Positions 1 to 8,722 of a DNA stretch of 36,637 nucleotides are shown here, piece by piece; position 1 is the stretch's first letter; every line of letters begins with the position of its first letter. The translations under genes and the position numbers were made by a program. Where the stretch lies: IMG/VR virus record IMGVR_UViG_2778261178_000002. One strand, 5' to 3'. The stretch is from a virus (lineage: Duplodnaviria > Heunggongvirae > Uroviricota > Caudoviricetes). The notes under the pieces were generated by a model. That model was not told the DNA's origin and searched no databases. It saw only the letters and a program-made list of their open reading frames with translations.

Positions 1-1362
1 ATGTTTAAACCGGAACTCCTTTCCCCGGCGGGAACGCTGAAAAATATGCGTTACGCTTTCGCTTATGGCGCAGATGCTGTTTATGCGGGCCAGCCGCGTT
101 ATTCCCTGCGTGTGCGCAACAACGAATTCAACCACGAAAATCTTCAGCTCGGCATCAATGAAGCCCACGCGCTGGGGAAAAAGTTTTATGTCGTGGTCAA
201 CATTGCACCGCACAACGCCAAGCTGAAAACCTTTATCCGTGACCTGAAACCGGTGGTGGAAATGGGGCCGGATGCGCTGATTATGTCCGATCCAGGGCTG
301 ATTATGCTGGTGCGTGAGCACTTCCCTGAAATGCCGATCCACCTTTCGGTGCAGGCTAACGCCGTGAACTGGGCGACGGTGAAATTCTGGCAGCAAATGG
401 GCCTGACCCGCGTGATCCTCTCTCGCGAGCTGTCGCTGGAAGAGATTGAAGAGATCCGCAATCAGGTGCCGGATATGGAGATCGAGATCTTCGTTCACGG
501 CGCGCTGTGCATGGCCTACTCCGGTCGCTGCCTGCTCTCTGGCTATATCAACAAGCGCGACCCGAACCAGGGCACCTGCACCAACGCCTGCCGCTGGGAG
601 TACAACGTCCAGGAAGGGAAAGAAGATGATGTTGGCAACATCGTACACAAGTACGAGCCGATTCCGGTGCAAAATGTTGAGCCGACGCTGGGTATCGGCG
701 CACCAACCGACAAAGTGTTTATGATCGAAGAGGCCCAGCGTCCGGGCGAGTATATGACCGCGTTTGAAGATGAGCACGGCACTTACATCATGAACTCGAA
801 AGATCTGCGCGCCATCGCCCATGTAGAACGCCTGACCAAAATGGGCGTGCATTCGCTGAAAATCGAAGGTCGTACCAAATCTTTCTACTATTGTGCACGC
901 ACCGCACAGGTTTACCGCAAAGCTATCGATGACGCCGCTGCGGGAAAACCGTTCGATACCAGCCTGCTGGAAACTCTGGAAGGTCTGGCGCATCGTGGCT
1001 ATACCGAAGGTTTCCTGCGTCGTCATACTCACGACGATTATCAGAACTACGAATACGGTTATTCAGTTTCTGACCGCCAGCAGTTTGTTGGTGAGTTTAC
1101 CGGTGAGCGCAAGGGGGACCTCGCGGCGGTAGCGGTGAAAAATAAATTCTCCGTTGGCGACAGCCTTGAGCTGATGACGCCGCAAGGCAACATTAATTTT
1201 ACCCTTGAGCACATGGAAAACGCCAAAGGCGAAGCTATGCCGATAGCACCAGGCGATGGTTATACTGTGTGGCTCCCGGTCCCGCAGGATCTTGAGCTCA
1301 ATTACGCGCTGCTGATGCGTAATTTCTCCGGGGAAACCACGCGTAATCCCCACGGTAAGTGA
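1..1362 (+). CDS. yegQ: U32-family peptidase-like protein YegQ/TrhP (tRNA U34 hydroxylation); host gene at left flank
   Basis: 453-aa ORF starting with ATG at position 1; sequence recognised as E. coli YegQ; normal-GC host DNA; lies immediately upstream of cyaR as in E. coli. Confidence 0.85.
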   Translation: MFKPELLSPAGTLKNMRYAFAYGADAVYAGQPRYSLRVRNNEFNHENLQLGINEAHALGKKFYVVVNIAPHNAKLKTFIRDLKPVVEMGPDALIMSDPGLIMLVREHFPEMPIHLSVQANAVNWATVKFWQQMGLTRVILSRELSLEEIEEIRNQVPDMEIEIFVHGALCMAYSGRCLLSGYINKRDPNQGTCTNACRWEYNVQEGKEDDVGNIVHKYEPIPVQNVEPTLGIGAPTDKVFMIEEAQRPGEYMTAFEDEHGTYIMNSKDLRAIAHVERLTKMGVHSLKIEGRTKSFYYCARTAQVYRKAIDDAAAGKPFDTSLLETLEGLAHRGYTEGFLRRHTHDDYQNYEYGYSVSDRQQFVGEFTGERKGDLAAVAVKNKFSVGDSLELMTPQGNINFTLEHMENAKGEAMPIAPGDGYTVWLPVPQDLELNYALLMRNFSGETTRNPHGK

Positions 1363-1393
1363 TTAATTTCGATTATTTTTCCCGGATGGAAAA

Positions 1394-1439
1394 TTCTTAG
1401 AAACCGATCACATACAGCTGCATTTATTAAGGTTATCAT
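1394..1439 (+). promoter_or_regulatory. Candidate cyaR promoter: CRP-like site (half-site TCACA at 1408..1412, centred about -42) and -10-like TATCAT at 1434..1439
   Basis: Spacing relative to the inferred CyaR 5' end at 1447 fits a class II CRP-dependent promoter; the upstream half-site is degenerate. Confidence 0.35.
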
Positions 1440-1446
1440 CCGTTTC

Positions 1447-1533
1447 GCTGAAAAACATAACCCATAAAATGCTAGCTGTACCAGGAACCACCTCCTTAGC
1501 CTGTGTAATCTCCCTTACACGGGCTTATTTTTT
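1447..1533 (+). ncRNA. cyaR: CyaR (RyeE) Hfq-dependent small RNA
   Basis: 87-nt stretch GCTGAAAAACATAACCCATAAAATGCTAGCTGTACCAGGAACCACCTCCTTAGCCTGTGTAATCTCCCTTACACGGGCTTATTTTTT recognised from memory as CyaR; ends in stem-loop plus T6 terminator; located between yegQ and the ogr end of the prophage. Confidence 0.8.
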
Positions 1534-1534
1534 A
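1507..1534. repeat. attL core (28-bp direct repeat AATCTCCCTTACACGGGCTTATTTTTTA) overlapping the CyaR 3' terminator
   Basis: Exact 28-bp copy found again at 36135..36162 just beyond the integrase gene. Confidence 0.8.
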
Positions 1535-1597
1535 CGCGTAATACAATGAAATAAAAGGATTTATTTCTGGTCACGTCCACACATTGACCACATCGAC

Positions 1598-1621
1598 AAA
1601 AAAGCCCCTCGACTGAGGGGC
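1598..1621 (-). terminator. Rho-independent terminator after ogr (end of the late FETUD-ogr transcription unit)
   Basis: On the minus strand: GCCCCTC stem, 4-nt loop, GAGGGGC stem, then a T6 run, directly after the ogr stop codon. Confidence 0.6.
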
Positions 1622-1634
1622 TTCCTGTTTGTAA

Positions 1635-1853
1635 TTACATCCACATAATTTGCTGCCCTGACGGCAACGGGTGCGGCCTCACGGCGTGGACTTCTCCAGG
1701 CTTCACGATGTATCTCTGTACCGACTCATAAGTGATGAACGTGGCGCTGCAATTCACGTTCTGGCACTGGTGATAACGCTCTTTTGTCGTGTCAGTGATA
1801 TAGCGGCTTGTACGCGCATGTGCGGCATGCTGGCATAAAGGACAATGAAACAT
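1635..1853 (-). CDS. ogr: Ogr zinc-finger late gene transcription activator
   Basis: 72-aa product starting MFHCPLCQ with a C-x2-C...C-x4-C motif; the ORF track's longer 93-aa version probably overcalls the start; ATG at 1851..1853 checked. Confidence 0.85.
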   Translation of the reverse strand: MFHCPLCQHAAHARTSRYITDTTKERYHQCQNVNCSATFITYESVQRYIVKPGEVHAVRPHPLPSGQQIMWM

Positions 1854-1934
1854 CGCGAGCACCTCTTCCGGTTTTGTTGATGGTGCCATTTTAGTTAATT
1901 TATCCTTATAAAACAAACAGATAAAATAAAAACA

Positions 1935-3098
1935 TCACTCATCATCTTCTGTTTCGTACTCCACATCAGAAAGCCTGACCTCAAGCTCTAAGGACGTCGT
2001 GAAGCCGCTATTATTCAGAAAATGTGTCACCTTAGTGATTGTCCAGTCCTGCTCGTCTATGACGCGCTTAAAGCCTGACACTCTGACCGGTGTTTCCGTG
2101 TAAATATCAGCACGACCAGTGGCAAGGCTGATGGAGAACTCCGCAACGCCCCGTTGCAGTTTATCCCACTTCGCCTGAGCGGCGCGCATGGCCTGCGCTT
2201 TCGTGGCATATACCGTGGTCAGGGCAAAAACGTTGTCAGCTTCACCGGCCATGTATTCACCTTCGCGCGCTTCCGGTACTTTTGGCGCTTTCTTCTGCGT
2301 GACTGGTTTCGCTTTCGGGTGCTCCAGTGCGCGCAGGTGTTTCTCTTTCTTTTTGCGTTTCAGTTTTACCTTCTGCTTTTGCGGCTTCGGGTCTTTGGTG
2401 TGTAACCACTTTGCCGTTACGCCGGTATAGGCTCCACGGTCAGCAATCGCAAAATGATGGCGGTCGCCGTCGCTGCGGGTTATGGTGACCTGCGGGATTT
2501 TTTTACCGCTGGCCGTCACCCCCTGCCCCGCTTTGAGAAACAACAGTTTTCCCATTTTTACCGACACCTCACCGCCGTTGCGTTCTGCAAGACGGGTCAG
2601 GAATTTCGCATCAGACTCCTGCGACTGGTCGATGTGCGGGATTTTAATTCCGGCCAGTGACGGAGCGACACTGGCTTCCAGCCTGTTACGGGAGGCTATC
2701 GCCTCAACAATCGCACCGAGCGTGGTGTCATGCCAGGAGCCTTCACGGCGGGAATTGAGCGTCCCGCGGAAATCTGCACTCCGGGCGCGGATGGTGACCA
2801 CATCCGGCGCGCCCCGGTGTTCAACCTCATCAACGGTGAATTTCCCTTTGCATACCAGGGCAAAACCTTTCCAGCCGATATACACCGTCAGGACAGCGCC
2901 ACGAACCGGCAACCCGACCTGCCCGTCGGCATCGTTCAGTTCAATATCAAGCTGGTCAGCCTCAAAGCCCCGGTTATCCGTCAGGGTCATGCTCATCAGA
3001 CGGTCACTGATATTGCCGGTAATATCCCTGCTGTCGAGCATCAGCATGTAATCCGGCGTCAGCGTACTGCCTGCATCAAATGTCAGTGCATCCAGCAT
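1935..3098 (-). CDS. D: Tail protein gpD (late gene D)
   Basis: 387 aa, same length and position as P2 gpD; overlaps U stop by 1 nt. Confidence 0.8.
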   Translation of the reverse strand: MLDALTFDAGSTLTPDYMLMLDSRDITGNISDRLMSMTLTDNRGFEADQLDIELNDADGQVGLPVRGAVLTVYIGWKGFALVCKGKFTVDEVEHRGAPDVVTIRARSADFRGTLNSRREGSWHDTTLGAIVEAIASRNRLEASVAPSLAGIKIPHIDQSQESDAKFLTRLAERNGGEVSVKMGKLLFLKAGQGVTASGKKIPQVTITRSDGDRHHFAIADRGAYTGVTAKWLHTKDPKPQKQKVKLKRKKKEKHLRALEHPKAKPVTQKKAPKVPEAREGEYMAGEADNVFALTTVYATKAQAMRAAQAKWDKLQRGVAEFSISLATGRADIYTETPVRVSGFKRVIDEQDWTITKVTHFLNNSGFTTSLELEVRLSDVEYETEDDE

Positions 3099-3577
3099 TA
3101 TCCCGCCCCCGTCATACCCGTGAATCTGGTCGCCATACTGCCAGCCTTACCGATGAGCGATTCCGCCTGTTTACCGATATCGCCATAAAGCGCGGCCAGT
3201 GATTCATCAACACGGGTGAGCGACAGCGTAAAATCAATTTTTCGGGGTGTGCCGTCTGCAAAGAAAATACTCCCTGTTTCACTCACCCTGCTGATGACAT
3301 ACATGCCGTAAATCATGCCGGTGCCATCCAGCAACGGCCACGCCCGGCCTTCCTCTGCCATCAGCCTGAGCGTGGTCATCGTCAGCTTTCCGCCGGTCAG
3401 TTCAGGATAAAGAACACCGGCAAGCGTGATGTTTTCATCGCCAACACCGAGAAACTGGTAGGCGTCCCGTTTACCGATACGGGAATTTGACGGCCAGCGA
3501 TAATCTGATTCACGCTGCATGGTCTGGTGTGGCAGCGTCTGGCGCATAAAAACAAACATACCTAACGCGAGCATCAT
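3098..3577 (-). CDS. U: Tail protein gpU
   Basis: 159 aa, position between T and D as in P2. Confidence 0.8.
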   Translation of the reverse strand: MMLALGMFVFMRQTLPHQTMQRESDYRWPSNSRIGKRDAYQFLGVGDENITLAGVLYPELTGGKLTMTTLRLMAEEGRAWPLLDGTGMIYGMYVISRVSETGSIFFADGTPRKIDFTLSLTRVDESLAALYGDIGKQAESLIGKAGSMATRFTGMTGAG

Positions 3578-3591
3578 TTTTCGTCACCTCC

Positions 3592-6039
3592 TTAACCGTC
3601 ATGCATCATGCTGGCACGGGCGCGCGCACGTTTATCCCGCTCGTATTTTTCGAGCGCATCCTGTAACTGGCGGTCGAGCTGTGTCCCCGGCGCAGTACCA
3701 CCCGTCAGGCTGATGTGATATTCGTTTTTACTCTGGTCTACATAAGAGCGGCCAGCCGGTGCCGTGACCGGCTGATAAGCCTGATAACCTGCATAAGAGC
3801 TGGTCGCCGGAATATAACCACCGGTGCCATACGTGGCGGCATGAGTCCTTGCGGCGGTCTGGTCAAGTGTGTCTGACTCTTTGTTGATAACACCGAGTTT
3901 TTCCAGTACCCAGTCAATACCGCTGCGCAGTTTGTTGAACGCATTAAGCGGCAGCCTCAGCGCGTCAGCCAGTGCCTGCCCGAACATGACCCCCGTGTCA
4001 CGGCAACTGTTCAGGGTGTCCTGAGTGGCTTTGACCGGGACAATCAGGTTTTTAAACCACTGCCACGCGGCCTGTAACTTTTCACCCAGCCAGTCAAACA
4101 CCGGTTTCAGTGGCGTGAACAGCTCCCCCACCGGCGCAAATGCCGCTTTCAGCCCTTCAACCACACCGCCAAAGAATGCGCTGACAGGCTCCCAGTATTT
4201 ACGGATAAGCAACGCCCCGGCGACAATGGCGGCCACCACAGCCACAACCGGCCAGCTAATCGCCCCGATGGCCGTCATAACGGCACTACCAACCGTCGTG
4301 AAGATTGCCCCCATTGCGCCTGCTGCCGCGATGATGGCATTGATGCCAGTGATAACCGGCCAGGCTACAAGACCAATTGCACCGATGATGCCAATAAGCG
4401 CCAGCGCGCCACCGGCAATGATGCCAATGGTTGACGCCAGTGATTTGTTTTTCTGGATCCAGCCGTCGAGTTTTAACACATACTTTGTGGCCGTCTGTGT
4501 GAGCTTACGCAGTGCGCCTTCCTGCTGGTCAAACAGGTCTGTCCCCACCGCCTCATAAGCGGACTGAAACTCCTTAAAGTCACCGCCGAGGTTGTCCTGC
4601 ATGATATTTACCAGCTCGGCGGTCTTCCCGTCTGAGGCTTTAAACTCAGCGGTCAGTTTGTCCAGCTTTCCGGTTGAGGCGGCAGTCATCAGCACGGCGG
4701 CGGCTGAGCTGGCCTCCTCCCCGAAAATGGTTTTCATGTATTCAGCCTGCTGGGCAGTACCGAGCCGGTTTTTCTCAAAACTGGCCTGCATTTCTTTCAG
4801 AATGGTAAATACTGGTCGGGTATTCCCCTTACTGTCTGAGGTTTTCACGCCAAGCTCTTTGAGTGCATCCCATGCTTTTCCCGTCGGTGCCTGCAGGCGA
4901 CTTAACACGGCACGGCTTCCCGTCCCCGCCATTGAGCCTGTGATTTTTGCATCATGCAGCGCCCCGACCATTGCGGCGGTTTCTTCAATGCTGACACCGG
5001 CATTTTTTGCCACTGGTGCGGCATAGGTCAGCGCATCGCTCATGCCGTCAAAATCAGCGGCGGTTTTGTTCATCGTCATGGAGAGAACATCCCCGATATG
5101 AGCGACCTTATCGTTTGAAAGCTGAAAGGCGGATTTCATCCCCATCAGCAGGGCGGCGTTTTCTTCCATCGTGCGGCGGTTCGCCAGTGCCATATTCAGC
5201 GTGACCGGCGTTGCCGCCTGAATGGCATCAACATCCCCACCGGCTTTCGCAATGATAATCTGTGCACCGGCTGCATCATCTGCCGAGGCGGCGGTATTGT
5301 CGCCGAGCTGGCGCGCCTGCTTGCGGAGCGCGGTCATTTCGGCGGAGTCTTTTGCCACTCCGAGCACGGCCTGCAATTCTGAGTTTTTCTGCGCAAACTC
5401 ATAACCGGGCATCAGCAACTTAACTCCGGCCATCGTTCCCGCCGCCGCAATCCCCACACCGGCAGCGCCCACTGAGGCCATATTTCCGGCCAGTTCCTTG
5501 CCTGCCTGATAACGCTGTTTTACTGCGTTAAGTTTTGCCTGTTGCGCACTGACACGAGCCAGCGCGTCACGCTGACGGTTAAGCTGTGCGGTGGTTTCAC
5601 TGATACGGTTTTTCAATCCCTGCTCATCATGTGCAAGATTGCGGGTATTAATTCCCACAACGGCCAGTTCCCGCTGCTGGCGTTTAACGGAATCCGTCAG
5701 GCGGTTATATTTCGCCTGTAAGTCCTCCACCGCACGCTTCGCGGATTCCAGCACTTTCGCCTGAGCACGGGTCGGACGTTCGGTGTTTTTAAACTGTGTG
5801 GCAAGAGCTTCGGCCTCCTGCCGTGCCTTTTCAAGTGCATGACCAGTCACGGCGAGCTGTGCACTGGTCTTGCGAAATCCCTCAATACGGGATGCCTGAC
5901 CGTTCAGCTCGCGCAGTGATTTTTGTGTTTCCCGGATATCCCCCGACAGCGATTTGCTCGCTGTGCGGATGGATTTAAACGGGCGGGATGCCTGGTCAAC
6001 AGCCCTGAGCAATACCTGTAATTTTACATTGTTACTCAT
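3592..6039 (-). CDS. T: Tail tape measure protein gpT
   Basis: 815 aa; Ala/Gly-rich and coiled-coil composition typical of tape measure proteins; position after E/E'. Confidence 0.85.
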   Translation of the reverse strand: MSNNVKLQVLLRAVDQASRPFKSIRTASKSLSGDIRETQKSLRELNGQASRIEGFRKTSAQLAVTGHALEKARQEAEALATQFKNTERPTRAQAKVLESAKRAVEDLQAKYNRLTDSVKRQQRELAVVGINTRNLAHDEQGLKNRISETTAQLNRQRDALARVSAQQAKLNAVKQRYQAGKELAGNMASVGAAGVGIAAAGTMAGVKLLMPGYEFAQKNSELQAVLGVAKDSAEMTALRKQARQLGDNTAASADDAAGAQIIIAKAGGDVDAIQAATPVTLNMALANRRTMEENAALLMGMKSAFQLSNDKVAHIGDVLSMTMNKTAADFDGMSDALTYAAPVAKNAGVSIEETAAMVGALHDAKITGSMAGTGSRAVLSRLQAPTGKAWDALKELGVKTSDSKGNTRPVFTILKEMQASFEKNRLGTAQQAEYMKTIFGEEASSAAAVLMTAASTGKLDKLTAEFKASDGKTAELVNIMQDNLGGDFKEFQSAYEAVGTDLFDQQEGALRKLTQTATKYVLKLDGWIQKNKSLASTIGIIAGGALALIGIIGAIGLVAWPVITGINAIIAAAGAMGAIFTTVGSAVMTAIGAISWPVVAVVAAIVAGALLIRKYWEPVSAFFGGVVEGLKAAFAPVGELFTPLKPVFDWLGEKLQAAWQWFKNLIVPVKATQDTLNSCRDTGVMFGQALADALRLPLNAFNKLRSGIDWVLEKLGVINKESDTLDQTAARTHAATYGTGGYIPATSSYAGYQAYQPVTAPAGRSYVDQSKNEYHISLTGGTAPGTQLDRQLQDALEKYERDKRARARASMMHDG

Positions 6040-6459
6040 TCGTGTTTCCGCTTCGCCGGAGCGCCTTTTCGCGCCATGTGATGAGTTCGGTCAGGCTCAT
6101 GGGATACAGTTCTGATGGCGGCCAGTGAAATATCACTGCCACATCCGCCATCAGGTCATCGACCGAGAGATTTTTCGGGAACGTTACTGCACCGAGTTCG
6201 GCGACAAAAAACCGACCACCTTACCGGCCAGCGCCACAAGGTCAGGCAGTTCCAGTGCGGCGACTTCCTGCTCGGTCAGCATCGGTGCAGTCATGCGCGG
6301 CAGCACCTTAATCAGTGCATCGACTTCGGAGTTCGCGACCGCAGCCAGACTGACACCGCGCAGCGTCCCGGCATTGGGTTTCATCAGCGTGACCTGTTTG
6401 ATAACCTGCTCACCACGTTTGACCGGATTTTCCAGGGTAATCACATTTTCTTTGTTCAT
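6032..6459 (-). CDS. E': Tail assembly chaperone E+E' (programmed -1 frameshift product, predicted 142 aa)
   Basis: Slippery heptamer TTTTTTG (minus strand, plus coordinates 6205..6211) near the end of E; by manual codon walk the -1 frame stays open to a TAA at 6032..6034, overlapping the T start. Confidence 0.55.
6184..6459 (-). CDS. E: Tail assembly chaperone gpE
   Basis: 91 aa, immediately downstream of FII; contains the slippery site for the E' frameshift. Confidence 0.8.
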   Translation of the reverse strand: MNKENVITLENPVKRGEQVIKQVTLMKPNAGTLRGVSLAAVANSEVDALIKVLPRMTAPMLTEQEVAALELPDLVALAGKVVGFLSPNSVQ

Positions 6460-6516
6460 GGTTTTCTCACTTCTGAATCGGGGGTTAACCGGTCAGCCTG
6501 GCTGACCGGATGAAAA

Positions 6517-7035
6517 TCACAGGCCGATATTGCGGCGGTGTTGCTCCAGCCGGTCGACGCCGTTCACCTTCTCAATCATGTTGATGGTGTCGATTTCGAC
6601 CAGCTCCTTACCGTCCATCGTCAGCCGGAAATAGGTGCAGACCACGGAGATTTTCGACTCGGTGTCTTCTCCCTGTTTGCCCTCGCCGGTGTCGATTTCT
6701 TTCTGACGGCCACGCATGACCACCTCGACGGCCACCGTTTCGCCGGTATCGTCGCGCTGGTAAGAGCCTGCAAAACGAATCGGTACGGCATCCACACCGG
6801 TTGCGGCGTAAAGCTCCCAGATAACCGAATCCGGGAAGCCCCCGAGCGACCACTCCATTGACAGCGCATCGTCATCAAGGCCGAGGTCTACCGGTGCGCT
6901 GCCGTTCATCCCCGCACCGCGATAGTTTTCGAGCTTACGGGTCAGTTTTGGCAGCGTGACGGACTTTGCAACGCCCTGATAGCTGTAGCCGTTCAGAAAG
7001 ACGTTCATTAACTTGAGTTTGCGCGGCATTGCCAT
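6517..7035 (-). CDS. FII: Tail tube protein gpFII
   Basis: 172 aa, position and length as in P2. Confidence 0.85.
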   Translation of the reverse strand: MAMPRKLKLMNVFLNGYSYQGVAKSVTLPKLTRKLENYRGAGMNGSAPVDLGLDDDALSMEWSLGGFPDSVIWELYAATGVDAVPIRFAGSYQRDDTGETVAVEVVMRGRQKEIDTGEGKQGEDTESKISVVCTYFRLTMDGKELVEIDTINMIEKVNGVDRLEQHRRNIGL

Positions 7036-7047
7036 CGGTCGGGCTCC

Positions 7048-8238
7048 TTAATTGCTGTTAACCGAAGTGACCAGATTTGCCAGGTATTTATCGGTAATAC
7101 GCTGGCGCAGGGTCAGGTTTTCGAGAGGAGGCACCGGTGTATAGTCGTAGTCGATATACAGTTTTCCGGCCTTGAGGGTTTCCGCATCGTTGGATTCTTC
7201 GCTGAACCAGCAGGTCGCATCCACGATATAGCCGTTTGTTTTCAGCTCTCGGAATTTGGCATTGATGCCGTCAACGATGTCGCGAATCAGCGTTGCGGTG
7301 ATGGGCTTGTCCACCGCCCACATGTGCGCCTCAGCCATCGTGTCGGCCAGTACCTGCGCGGTGCGGGTGTAGTTTTCAAAGAGGAACAGCGGGTCATCAG
7401 AGCAGGTACGGTTACCCCAGAAGCGGAAACCGTCACGGCGAATCAGTGTTGTGACGCCTGACTCGTTAAGCAGGTCAGCATCGGTGCCGGACTCCTGCAA
7501 ATCCCAGAATACAGATGCGCTGATGCCGGTAACACCGTTCACCCCGACATTGGACAGCGTTTTATGCCAGCCCTGCTCCTGGTCGATTTTAGCGCGCAGA
7601 CCCAGCGCACGGGCGGTGGCATACGCGGTGGTGGTGGTACTGGTGACCGTATCCCATGCGAGGAAATCCGGCCAGATGACCATCAGCTCACGCTGGCTGA
7701 AATTCTGGCGGTAGGCTTTCACCTCGGAAATGGTTTTACAGCCCCATGCGCTGATATACCCGAAAGCGCGCAGCTTCTGACAGACTGATGCCAGTGCAAC
7801 AGCCACCTCTTTGGTATCCTGTCCCGGCACGCCGAGAATACGCGGTTTAACACCGGTTACCGACTCCGCCGCCAGCAGGGCTTTCAGTCCGGTGTACTGA
7901 CCGTTTTCGTCGGTGGTGCCGATGATATTGGAAACGGTCTGCGCAAGTTTCGTTTCTTCGTCGTCGCCGGTGCCGTCTTCCACGCGCACAACAACGGTGA
8001 CCGGTTTTGACTGGTCAGCGATGGCCTGTAACGACGCCGCCAGCGTGCCTTTTTTACCGGCCTTTGCAATTGCGCTCTGCACATTGGTAATCAGCACCGG
8101 TTTATTGAGGGGGAAGGTTTCCGCATCCGCATCGCTGGCCGTGCAGACCATGCCGACAATGGCAGTGGATACGGTGGAAATGACGCGGGTGCCGTCGTTA
8201 ATCTCCAGCACCTGCACGCCGTGATGATAGTCACTCAT
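7048..8238 (-). CDS. FI: Contractile tail sheath protein gpFI
   Basis: 396 aa, position and length as in P2. Confidence 0.85.
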   Translation of the reverse strand: MSDYHHGVQVLEINDGTRVISTVSTAIVGMVCTASDADAETFPLNKPVLITNVQSAIAKAGKKGTLAASLQAIADQSKPVTVVVRVEDGTGDDEETKLAQTVSNIIGTTDENGQYTGLKALLAAESVTGVKPRILGVPGQDTKEVAVALASVCQKLRAFGYISAWGCKTISEVKAYRQNFSQRELMVIWPDFLAWDTVTSTTTTAYATARALGLRAKIDQEQGWHKTLSNVGVNGVTGISASVFWDLQESGTDADLLNESGVTTLIRRDGFRFWGNRTCSDDPLFLFENYTRTAQVLADTMAEAHMWAVDKPITATLIRDIVDGINAKFRELKTNGYIVDATCWFSEESNDAETLKAGKLYIDYDYTPVPPLENLTLRQRITDKYLANLVTSVNSN

Positions 8239-8333
8239 CCGTTTAACTCCGTGGTTAATGGGTGCAACTATTTTCTGTTGTGCAGAGCATGAGACGCTAT
8301 TTGACCTGGCTGGTCAGTGGATGAAACAACAGA

Positions 8334-8360
8334 TAAAGAAAAGGCGGGCAATTCGCCCGC
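8334..8360 (-). terminator. Rho-independent terminator downstream of cargo operon 1, upstream of the FI late promoter region
   Basis: GGCGGGC / GCCCGCC stem with AATTC loop, followed on the minus strand by a T-rich tract (TTTTCTTT). Confidence 0.55.
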
Positions 8361-8722
8361 CTGTCCTGATTTGTACTCACTCATTTTCCGCCTGACAATT
8401 TACATAGCCCAAAAGTTATCAAATCTGACAGTCTGCTTTGAGCGAAAAGCGGAAGTTCACCATTGACTCCAAGGGACGTATTTAAAGATCTTTTCAATAT
8501 TTTTGAATATATATCGAGCGTGTTTTTAATTTGAATAACCTTAATGAAAGTATAACAAAAAAATTAAAAGTAGTAACGTCAGTAAAACATTTCAAATATG
8601 ATTTAAAAGTGTTTATGAGTGCCGAAAATGGAGATCTATCCACAATGGATATGCATTGCATATCCATAATTCTTGAGTACAAACACCATCATGAGGTGGA
8701 CTCTTGCAGGCACAAAATCAAT

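Noticed and set aside
1635-1916. Extended 93-aa version of ogr, and similarly extended ORF-track starts for X, L, O, P and A
   Set aside because: Internal ATGs with better SD context give products matching the expected P2 protein lengths (72, 67, 169, 284, 590 and about 760 aa); the longer versions use upstream or non-ATG starts.
4025-5404. Several plus-strand ORFs of 60 to 177 aa (4025..4558, 4592..5026, 5007..5204, 5222..5404) inside the tape measure gene
   Set aside because: Antisense shadow ORFs in GC-rich coding DNA fully covered by the 815-aa gpT gene; low-complexity Ala/Ser/Pro-rich translations and no SD or operon context.
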